Shown one piece after another: positions 30,301-38,045 of a DNA stretch of 38,045 nucleotides. Origin of the DNA: an uncultured Planctomycetaceae bacterium (GTDB taxonomy: Bacteria; Planctomycetota; Planctomycetia; Planctomycetales; Planctomycetaceae); contig CAXBME010000046.1 in the NCBI GenBank assembly GCA_963976765.1, forward strand, positions 1 through 38,045, read 5' to 3'. Every line of letters starts with the position of its first letter. The first letter of the stretch is position 1. The translations under genes and the position numbers were made by a program. The notes below the pieces were generated by a model that saw nothing but the letters and a program-made list of their open reading frames with translations, was not told where the DNA came from and ran no database searches.

Positions 30301-31979
30301 GGCTCGTGAGAAACAGCGGGCAGCACAGAACCAGAATTGTTCTCAGGCAGGCTGCCACCGGTGGTGCGTGAGATCGTCACCACCTGCTCACCATCTCGTG
30401 TGAGGGTGAAGCTGCTGTTACCGATTGCCAGCGTGTCATTCACATCGGTTGGCAGTTTGAACTCATATATCCCGGATCGGAACCAGATATTACTGCCGTC
30501 ACCACCGACGCGCAGGTCCGGATATGCTTCGCCGTCTTTTACAACCTGTATCGAGACGTCAATCGACGGGTCGGTCGTTTTAACGCGGATGTATCCCCCG
30601 TCGGTCTTCACCCAGATCACGCCCAGCAGAAACAGAACGGCACTCACTGCCCCCATCAGTCGCAATCGGAAACCAGGTCGCGATGCTGCTGGACGCAGCA
30701 TCGATCCGGTATCACTCTCAGCTACATTCTCACGCGCCGAGAAGTCGATCGTCTCTCCGAGTGATGGTTCGGTATCGCGAAGTAAATCAGTGGAGTTCGA
30801 GTCGACGGTTTTCGGTCTCTGTTCGATAAGCGTTTTTTTCAGCAAACGCTTGAGCTGATGCTTCGCAGCGAATTCATTGAGCAGCGTGACGACCTCTGCC
30901 ATGTCCTGAGGCCGCTCGTTCGGATCACTCGACAGCATACGATCGACGAGAGCTGCGAGATCGTCCGGGAGATCGTTCCGTCTGGTCGAAATGGCTGGCA
31001 CAGGTACCGTCATCAGCGCTTTCAGTCTCTTGACGGGAGTGTTGTATTCCGGGCCGTCTAGCGGAACGATCCCTGTCAACAGACGATAGAGCGTTGCACC
31101 GAGCGAATAGATATCGGCTCGACTATCGACCGTGTGTGTGTCTTCTGCCTGTTCGGGAGCCATGAACTCCAACGTGCCCATCAACTGGCCTTCGTCGGTC
31201 AAATGCCGTTCCGCGTCCGGGCCGTCGAACGTCGCCAGACCGAGATCCAGAATTTTGACACGGCACTGTCCATCGTCGTCCAGCGTCAGCATCAGATTCG
31301 ACGGCTTGATATCCCGATGGACCAGTCCCTCGGCATGCGCATGCTGCAAACCCGTCGCCGCCTGGCGAACGATCTCGCACGCATCGGCAACTTCCAGCGA
31401 CCGCCGCCGCACCGTGAGCCAGGAGACATCAAGCCCTTCGACAAGTTCCATGACCAGGAACGGCACGCCGTCGGCCTCACCTGCGTCCAGTGCCTGCACG
31501 ATGTTGGAATGCTGCAGTTGACCGACCGCCTGCATTTCCCGCTGAAATCGAGCGACCGCGGAAACGTCGCCGCTAAGTTTGTCGGTGAGCACCTTAATAG
31601 CGACGAGTTTATTGAGCCTGGTATGTCGTGCTTTGAACACGGAGCCCATCGCTCCGTGACCAATCGGATCCAGCAGTTCGTAGTCGCGAATCTGCTTGCC
31701 AGCAATGGGTGACGGAAAACGGGATTCTTCAGCAGTCGTTGGGCGGTGTTGGATCGCGTCGACGAATTCCCTGCAGCGATCTTCCTGGACAAAGCCCTCG
31801 GTCGCGACTGCCGTGGTGATGCCTTCCAGCATGCACACCGTTTCGATTGACGAGAGACTCTGATCGCAGCTTTCGCAATTGTCGAGATGTTCCACGACAA
31901 AGTCAGCCTGCTCGTCGGACAGGTTTCCGGACGCCCAGTCTGCGAGTGTGTCTGGAGATGGACAGTTGCCAGAGGGCAT
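27390..31979 (-). CDS. Membrane Ser/Thr kinase: zf-HC2-like zinc finger, kinase, TM, beta-helix / choice-of-anchor Q, GEVED domain, 6 FG-GAP (integrin-alpha-like) repeats
   Basis: HLDNCESC; GHGAMGSV, VAIKVL, HRDIKPSN, LDLG, GTLEFMAPEQ; TM LMGAVSAVLFLLGVIWV; GSLRAAI...GSPAIDA...DIGAVE; GWIDFNQDG...GEVEDY; six GD(L/F)xxDGxxxLxVGA units. ATG 31979 is preferred over the track start at 32084. Confidence 0.92.
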   Translation of the reverse strand: MPSGNCPSPDTLADWASGNLSDEQADFVVEHLDNCESCDQSLSSIETVCMLEGITTAVATEGFVQEDRCREFVDAIQHRPTTAEESRFPSPIAGKQIRDYELLDPIGHGAMGSVFKARHTRLNKLVAIKVLTDKLSGDVSAVARFQREMQAVGQLQHSNIVQALDAGEADGVPFLVMELVEGLDVSWLTVRRRSLEVADACEIVRQAATGLQHAHAEGLVHRDIKPSNLMLTLDDDGQCRVKILDLGLATFDGPDAERHLTDEGQLMGTLEFMAPEQAEDTHTVDSRADIYSLGATLYRLLTGIVPLDGPEYNTPVKRLKALMTVPVPAISTRRNDLPDDLAALVDRMLSSDPNERPQDMAEVVTLLNEFAAKHQLKRLLKKTLIEQRPKTVDSNSTDLLRDTEPSLGETIDFSARENVAESDTGSMLRPAASRPGFRLRLMGAVSAVLFLLGVIWVKTDGGYIRVKTTDPSIDVSIQVVKDGEAYPDLRVGGDGSNIWFRSGIYEFKLPTDVNDTLAIGNSSFTLTRDGEQVVTISRTTGGSLPENNSGSVLPAVSHEPRIITVTNTLADLDEPGSLRAAIAEADNGDIIQFDPALSGSTIELRGRTIKLHGKKLKIDGSGLEERLTLDAQGRCRVVEISDRAEVTLDSLIITGGYSRGGGAGIDCGPDVTVEIIRCAITDNKIPVEIFGGAGGGGIHNHGVLSLRDCVISNNRATSGAGVSNTSSGVVVLENCRILKNTSRWYGGGLCCFGNTTLRDCEIAENESTTRGGGGIYFQPDDPEECTLTLERCLIRNNRCERDGAGLRTRGNANLVNCVITRNACENTGSVVSLDPAAMSLIHCTIVENSGGGLRLFTNGETVIESTIIARNTGDIMDFMASDASLERLTLRGISIIGSTNVLTALPPETLLGVEPLLHPLGDYGGPLFSTPPQGGSPAIDAAITLGETPASDIRGMKRPVDGNDDGQSLPDIGAVEFVRETDGRLYLGMTADGHQCVMNPLELRGTEGATPAITLAVTNTIGSTARLHGWIDFNQDGKLDSATEEAQATISSGKTAGRVTLTFPTIPRGSVGQTSARFQLSMDSTAAATAGTASEGEVEDYVFTITAPGSGTVDDFLKIASDTSGGPTLADGDRFGSSVANIGDLNGDGVDDLAVGASLDDTGGDNRGAVHVLFMNADGTVASSTKIGDGTGGGPNLGGGDYFGSAVAAVGDLDGDGVTELAVGASGDNIDGSDRGAVYILFLNTDGTAKSFTLIANNRGGGPGLTNFDRFGTSVASIGDFDGDGVADLAVGARGNDTGGSGRGAVYVLLLNADGTVKSHQKIADGVGGLVADTLEDSDFFGFSVTSVGDLNGDGVPDLAVGASEDENDSAGDASEGAVYVLLMNADGTVLSQQKITDGNPGGLIDGTLGASDDFGSSVTGVGDLDGDGVPDLVVGAQDDENGDTNEGAIYVLLLNPDGTVKQQQKISDGNPGGLTNGILSSSDDFGTSVSAIGDLNNDGIIDLAVGAKDNNTGGPDRGALYVVFLSPL

Positions 31980-31987
31980 GTTTCTTA

Positions 31988-32013
31988 TGACCGAATGAAA
32001 TCTTCGTGTGATC
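31988..32013 (-). promoter_or_regulatory. Putative ECF promoter GATCACACG-N11-CGGTCA immediately before kinase 2
   Basis: Minus strand reads GATCACACG aagatttcatt CGGTCA, 8 nt before ATG 31979. The same 9-mer and spacing occur at 33065. Confidence 0.6.
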
Positions 32014-32099
32014 GCGTGAGGTGACTTCAGCACCGGGTTATCCGCAGCAGCGCCACACGCGGTCTGTTGAGTCCTCGCCGCCAACGACGTTTGATGGCG

Positions 32100-32741
32100 T
32101 CAATTGTGCGGACTGATCGGTGGCACGTCGACTCTGCCAAATCCCACGGAATCCTCGCCCAACAGTTCTCTCAGCTTTTTTGTCACGCGAAATTTCGCCT
32201 GTCGTACAGCCTTGGCGGTCATGTCAAGTTCGTCGCCGATATCCTTCGCCGGCCTGCCTTTGACCGCCAGGTCCCAGAACGCCTGCCACGTTCGAGGATC
32301 GAACTCTGCCTGTAAAATTTCAATTGCGCTTTGTGCCAGCAGTTGTCTGGAGGTGACGCCATCGACGTTTTCTGGCTCCTGCGACTCCTGCTCCAGCCGC
32401 TGCAGACTTAAGTGGTGGTCGGTTCCGCCCTTGCCCACCGGTTGCCGTTTGACGGACCTGAGATGGTTGAGAATCTGAAGCCGCGTGACACCCCACAGCC
32501 ACGATCGGAAGGCTCCAGAACGCTTTCTTCCCGGCTGAAAAGTCCCGATTTTCTGCACGACGACGCGGAAGACTTCCTGCCCGACGTTGTCGACATCATC
32601 TGGTTGAAGTCCCGCACTTCGACACCAGGCATACACAAGTGGACCATACAACCGGGCAAAAACTCTCCAGGCGTCGTCGTCGGCTGTCTCGATGCGACTG
32701 AGCAGGGTCAGAGACGTCTGAGGGCTGGATTCACCTTGCAT
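32100..32741 (-). CDS. ECF RNA polymerase sigma factor, planctomycete kinase-associated type (N-terminal TSxTLL; ECF59-like by recollection)
   Basis: TSLTLLSRI...AWRVFARLYGPLVYAWCR...DDVDNVGQEVF...FRSWL; region 4 TWQAFW...IGDELDMTAKAVRQAKFRV. Confidence 0.9.
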   Translation of the reverse strand: MQGESSPQTSLTLLSRIETADDDAWRVFARLYGPLVYAWCRSAGLQPDDVDNVGQEVFRVVVQKIGTFQPGRKRSGAFRSWLWGVTRLQILNHLRSVKRQPVGKGGTDHHLSLQRLEQESQEPENVDGVTSRQLLAQSAIEILQAEFDPRTWQAFWDLAVKGRPAKDIGDELDMTAKAVRQAKFRVTKKLRELLGEDSVGFGRVDVPPISPHN

Positions 32742-32747
32742 GGGCCA

Positions 32748-32753
32748 ACTCTA
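32748..32753 (-). promoter_or_regulatory. Putative -10 box (TAGAGT) 6 nt before the ECF2 start codon
   Basis: TAGAGT-tggccc-ATG parallels TAAGAT-ttggcc-ATG of ECF1; no clear -35 box. Confidence 0.35.
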
Positions 32754-33064
32754 CGGCAGCGGAGATAAACAAACGAGCCTGGGGCAATTCCAAGCATGAC
32801 TTTCGGAATTCGTTGGCCCGAACGAGATCCTCTAACCCACTGCATATTAGTTATTTAGTGTCAATTGACAAAAGTCGCAGTCTGAAACTCTCTGTTCCAG
32901 GGCCTGATGGCGTGGCGCGGCTGCGGAATACCAGTAGACGAGTCTTGACAGTCTCCTGCATCAGATCTGCGCGCATCGTGACTTTCAGGACTGCTCCGGA
33001 AAGATGAATTCATCATCAAACTGACACATAAACACTTCATCCATTGTCTGCTTTCGCTACTCAG

Positions 33065-33091
33065 GATCACACGTCTCTGCATCCCGGGTTA
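33065..33091 (+). promoter_or_regulatory. Putative ECF promoter GATCACACG-N11-CGGGTTA upstream of surface protein 2
   Basis: GATCACACG tctctgcatcc CGGGTTA, ~107 bp before ATG 33199; matches 31988-32013. Confidence 0.6.
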
Positions 33092-33198
33092 CGTTACAGG
33101 CTTGCTAACTGATGTTTAGAAGCTGACGATTCTGTTGGGCTTGATGCGTAGCGAAACAACTGATGTGAACAAATTTTCGATATATTGAGATACGAAAC

Positions 33199-36100
33199 AT
33201 GCTGATTGTCCCGCGGTTGCGTCAGTGGTTGCGAAATTCAATACGACAGTCACGAACTCGCCGCCGCGAGTCTCGTGATGCGGCGAGCAGCTTCATCGCT
33301 CGTCACAAACTCGGTTATCCGGAGCGGCTCGAAGATCGCACGCTTCTGACGACGTTTTCCGTAACCAGTTTCAATCCCAGTGGTCCCGGGACGCTGCTTG
33401 AGGCCATTAACTCGGCCAACAACTCGCCGGGGCTGGATGTCATCGAATTCGACAGCAGTCTGGCTGGCAGAACCTTCCAATTCAGAGATGGCACGGTGGA
33501 CATCACAGATGATCTGATCATCAATGGTCTGGGTGCCGATCAAACGACGATCCTCGACGATCCAAATGGAAAGTCTCGCCACTTCAACATCACGGGAGCC
33601 GACACAGAAGTCACGATTAACGATCTGCGTCTGACGGGCGGGAATGGAGACACGACATCCGGGTTGGGCGGTGGCTCGATTTATCTGGCGGGCCGGTCGC
33701 TGACGGTCAACCGGACTCTGTTCGACAACAACTCGACGACACGCAATGGCGGGGCGATTTTCGTCAGTGAGAATTCATCGCTATCGATTCACTCCTCAAC
33801 TTTCGCGAACAACAGTGCCGAAGGGACCGATCCCGCCGGATTTGGAGGGGCGGTGGATGTTAGCGGGACACTCTACGTGACCAACTCGACATTCTCGGGC
33901 AATCGCGCCGACGAAAGTGGCGGGGCACTGTCTATTTTGGGCGGCACGGCGACCATCATCAATTCCACAATCACCGGAAATCATTCCAATGATGATGGCA
34001 GCGGCGGTAGCGGAACTGGAGGGGGGATCGACACGCGTTTGCGGTCACAACGACAACGATGATCAACACGATCGTCGTCGGAAATTTCCGCGGTCCCGGC
34101 ACGGGAACGCCGGACAATGTCGCCGGTTCGTTTTCCGATAACGATGTTTCTTCAGACAACAACATCATCAGTGGCACGGCCAGTGATATTCTTGATACGA
34201 CCCTGACCGATAATGGCGGTCCAGTGCCGACGCATGCGCTGATCGCCGGCAGTTCCGCGATTGACGCCGGTACACAGTTCTCAGCCTTTGAAAACGAGAT
34301 TCAGCTGGATGCCGCGCACTATTACCGCTTTGATGAAACAGGCGCAAATGCCCTCAGCGCTGCAGACAGCGGGTTTGAATCCTTCAACTCGAATGCGGGC
34401 TACATCGGGAGTCCGATAAAGACGGAACCGAGTTTCCTGACAGGCAACGGGACGGCCGTCGATCTGGATGGGGTGGATGATTACGTGCTTGCTCCCATCT
34501 CTGGCGGCAACCAACTTGCACTCACGCCCAGGTTTACGGTCGAAGTCTGGGCGCGGTCGGATACGCCCACGTGGAGCGATTCTGGAGTCATCGCCGGCGC
34601 ACGCGGCCCCAACGGATTCATCATCCACTCGGACCAGAATTCGCGTGCATGGAGCGGACGCATCTTCCACAGCGACGGAACAACGCTGGAATTCATCGGC
34701 TCACACTTGCCGGACGACATTCAGGGCTGGCATCAGTACGCGATCACGTACGACGGCACGACCGCGCGGATGTTCTTCGATGGTGTGGTCGTCAATGAAC
34801 TGGAAGTGTCGATTTCAAGAACCACGACGACCAGCAATATCAGCATCGGCAGAGATGACGGACTGAACCGTTATCTCGATGGTGCGATCGACGAGTTTTC
34901 TCTGGTGGAATCCGGGCTGGAACCAGCGGCTATCTATCGGCACTACCAGGCCAGCCAGCAGGCACGCGATCAGCGAGGAGTCGAGCGAATTCTTGACGGG
35001 AACGGCGACGGAACGGCGCGTATTGACATCGGCGCGGTCGAGTTCGTCGACGCGGTCGACTTCGGCGACGCACCAGACACAGGCCAGGGCACGGGAACGG
35101 GCAACTACAGCACTCTGGCCAGCGACAGCGGGCCCAGCCACAACGTCGTGTTTGGCCTGCATCTGGGAGCCAGCGTGGATGGCATTGACGAGGGCACGCT
35201 GCAAAACGCCCAGGCGAATGCGGACGATCAATTCGCCGCCGGTGGCAGTGACGACGAAGACGGCGTGCTCGACCCGCTGGACCTGCAGGGCACCGAAGGG
35301 GCCGCTCCCACAATCACGCTGCTGGCGACGAATACCAGAGGCAGGGCTGCCACGCTGTCTGGCTGGATTGATTACAACCAGGACGGCGTGTTTGACAATG
35401 CCACCGAACGCGTGTCGGTCAGCGTGCCCGACGGAACGACGGACGAACGAGTCACTCTGACGTTCCCGAGCATTCCAGCCGGCGCAGCCGGGACGACCTA
35501 CGCGAGATTCCGGCTGAGTACGGACACGGCGGCGGAGAACTCAATCGGCGCGGCGGACGACGGGGAAGTCGAGGATTACGTCTTCACCATCACCGCGCCG
35601 GGCAGCGGCACGGTCGATCACTTCCTGAAAATCGCCAGCGGAACGAACGGCGGCCCCACGCTCGCGAATTCTGACGAGTTCGGTAGATCGGTGACGTCAC
35701 TGGGTGATCTGGACGGCGACGGCGTCGCCGATCTGGTCGTCGGAGCCGACGGCGATGATACGGGCGGCAGTCGTCGTGGTGCGGTGCATGTGCTGCTGCT
35801 GAACAGCGACGGCACCGTGAAGTCTTCGACGAAGATCGCCAGCGGAACGAATGGCGGCCCCACGCTCGCGGACTTTGACGGTTTCGGTAGATCGGTGACG
35901 TCGCTGGGTGATCTGAACGGCGATGGCATTAACGATCTGGCCGTCGGAGCCAGGGGCGATGACACGGACGGCGATCGTCGTGGTGCGGTGTATGTGCTGC
36001 TGCTGGACGTGGACCAGGATGGCACGGTCACGGTGAAGTCGTCGACAAAGATCGCCAGCGGAACGAACGGCGGCCCCACGCTCGCGAACGTGGACTATTT

Positions 36101-38045
36101 CGGTAGTTCGGTGACGTCTGTGGGTGATCTGAACGGCGATGGCATCAACGATCTGGCCGTCGGAGCCACGGGCGATGACACGGGCGGCAGTTCTCGTGGT
36201 GCGGTGCATGTGCTGCTGCTGAACAGCGACGGCACCGTGAAATCTTCGACGAAGATCGCCAGCGGAACCAGCAGTGGACAGACGCTCGCTGATGGTGACC
36301 TCTTCGGGAGTTCGGTGGCGTCTGTGGGCGACCTGGATGGCGACGGCGTCGCCGATCTGGCCGTCGGAGCCACGGGCGATGACACGGACGGCACGAATCG
36401 TGGTGCGGTGTATGTGCTGCTGATGAATGCGGACGGCAGTGTGAAGAGTTCGACGAAGATCGCCCATGAAACGAACGGCGGACCCAAGCTCGCGAATTAT
36501 GACCTCTTCGGGAGTTCGGTGGCGGCGGTGGGCGACCTTGATGGCGACGGCGTCGCCGACCTGGCCGTCGGAGCGTACGTCGATGACACGGGCGGTTCTT
36601 CTCGTGGTGCGGTGCATGTGCTGCTGCTGAACAGCGACGGCACCGTGAAGTCTTCGACGAAGATCGCCAGCGGAACCAGCGGCGGACCGACGATCGCGGA
36701 TAGTGACTTCTTCGGGGGTGCGGTGGCGGCGGCAGGCGACCTGAATGGCGACGGCGTCGCCGATCTGACCGTCGGAGCCTACGGCGACGACACGGGCGGT
36801 TCTTCTCGTGGTGCGGTGCATGTGCTGTTTCTGTCGCCGCTGCTGGACTTTGGGGATGCCCCGGACACGGAAGCGGGAACCGGGCCGGGCAACTACCGGA
36901 CAAAGATGGACGACAACGGCCCCAGCCACGTCATTGTGCCGGGGCTGCATCTGGGAAACTCGGTTATCGGTGACTTCGGCACTGCTCAAAACGCGACAGC
37001 TATGGCGGATGATGTCCACGGCGGTGACCCGACCGTCCACGGCGGCGCTGATGACGAGGATGGCGTGCTGAATCCTCTGGACCTGCAGGGGACCGAAGGG
37101 GCCGCTCCGACAATCACGCTGCTGGCGACCAACACGACCGGCATAGACGCGACGCTGTATGGCTGGATTGATTTCAACCATAGCGGCGCATTCGCCAACA
37201 GCAATCCCGTGGAACGGGCGTCGATCATCGTGCCAGCCGGCACCGTTGATGGGCGGTTCACGCTGACATTCCCCGTTCTTCCCGCTGGCTCGGCAGGCAC
37301 GACCTACGCGAGATTCCGGCTGAGTACGGACACAGCAGCAGCAAACTCAACCGGCGCGGCGGACGACGGGGAAGTCGAGGATTACGTCTTCACGATCACC
37401 GCGTCGGGCAGCGGCACGGTCGACCACTTCCTGAAGATCGCCCACGAAACCAGCGGCGGGCCGACGCTCGCGAATTATGACCTCTTCGGGAGTTCGGTGG
37501 CGGCGGTGGGCGACCTGGATGGCGACGGCGTCGCCGACCTGGCCGTCGGAGCGTACGTCGATGACACGGGCGGTTCTTCTCGTGGTGCGGTGCATGTGCT
37601 GCTGCTGAACAGCGACGGCACCGTGAAGTCTTCGACGAAGATCGCCAGCGGAACCAGCGGCGGGCCGACGCTCGCGAATTATGACCTCTTCGGTAGTTCG
37701 GTGGCGGCTGTGGGCGACCTGGACGGCGACGGCGTCGCCGATCTGACCGTCGGAGCCGACGGCGATGATACGGGCGGCGATCGTCGTGGTGCGGTGTATG
37801 TGCTGCTGTTGAACAGCGACGGAACCGTGAAGTCTTCGACGAAGATCGCCAGCGGAACCAACGGCGAGCTCACGCTCGCGGATTATGACGGCTTCGGGAG
37901 TTCAGTGACGTCGCTGGGTGACCTGGACGGCGACGGCGTCGCCGATCTGGCCGTCGGAGCCTCCAGCGATTCCACGGGCGGTCATCGTCGTGGTGCGGTG
38001 CATGTGCTGCTGCTGAACAGCGACGGCACCGTGAAGTCGTCGACG
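33199..38045 (+). CDS. Large secreted surface protein (export leader, beta-helix / choice-of-anchor Q, LamG, repeating GEVED plus FG-GAP modules); frameshifted near 34035 and truncated by the window end
   Basis: Frame 1 (33199-34062) has ERLEDRTLLT and GGAI repeats. From ~34035 frame 3 continues with no stop seen to 38045: LTDNGGPVPTHALIAGSSAIDAG, HYYRFDE...WHQYAITYDG...GAIDEF (LamG), DFGDAP...GEVEDY twice, and FG-GAP units. It is absent from the ORF track because it has no stop in the window. Confidence 0.88.
35628..38045 (+). repeat. Coding ~204-bp FG-GAP repeat arrays: 6 units (35628-36842) and at least 3 units (37434-38045) separated by a GEVED domain
   Basis: Recurring AAGATCGCC...GGCGACGGCGTCGCCGA...CGTGGTGCGGTG...GTGAAGTCTTCGACG. 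Confidence 0.93.

Noticed and set aside
32859..32870. Perfect palindrome TGTCAATTGACA giving TTGACA on both strands
   Set aside because: No properly spaced -10 box on either strand and only one copy; it could be an operator but is unsupported.
35697..37181. 494-aa minus-strand ORF and similar long antisense ORFs (e.g. 5343-6704, 2467-3387, 18550-19461)
   Set aside because: Shadow frames of GC-rich repetitive coding sequence on the opposite strand; no protein motifs.
35628..38045. DGR-like adenine mutagenesis as the source of FG-GAP variability (many variable codons end in T/C)
   Set aside because: Several variants change the third position (GTG, GAG, AGG, ACG), there is no A-rich template copy, and no RT is present.

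Overview
Planctomycete-type DNA: both large surface proteins carry the E-x-LE-x-R-x-LL export leader, and the ECF sigma factors are kinase-linked. The window holds two mirror-image three-gene modules, each an ECF sigma factor plus a membrane Ser/Thr kinase transcribed divergently from a giant secreted protein. Module 1 is a 6280-aa RTX/propeller/PKD/Calx-beta/malectin protein (-), a TIGR02999/ECF43-type sigma (+) and a kinase with an FGE-sulfatase ectodomain (+). Module 2 is a zinc-finger kinase with a beta-helix/GEVED/FG-GAP ectodomain (-), an ECF sigma (-) and a frameshifted FG-GAP/GEVED/LamG surface protein (+) that runs off the window. Each module has its own bipartite motif in front of both its kinase and its giant gene: TGAGCG-N17-CGCAT in module 1 and GATCACACG-N11-CGG in module 2. 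The module-2 kinase ectodomain is a recognisable copy of the repeat module of the neighbouring surface protein, with homology continuing past the kinase stop codon. The FG-GAP repeats are homogenised in DNA but vary at a few fixed codons. Between the modules lies an island junction: a decayed gene, an intact IS630, a tyrosine-integrase remnant and a 3' tRNA-Arg(UCU) fragment flanked by arm-type repeats. All calls are by eye; no searches were run.
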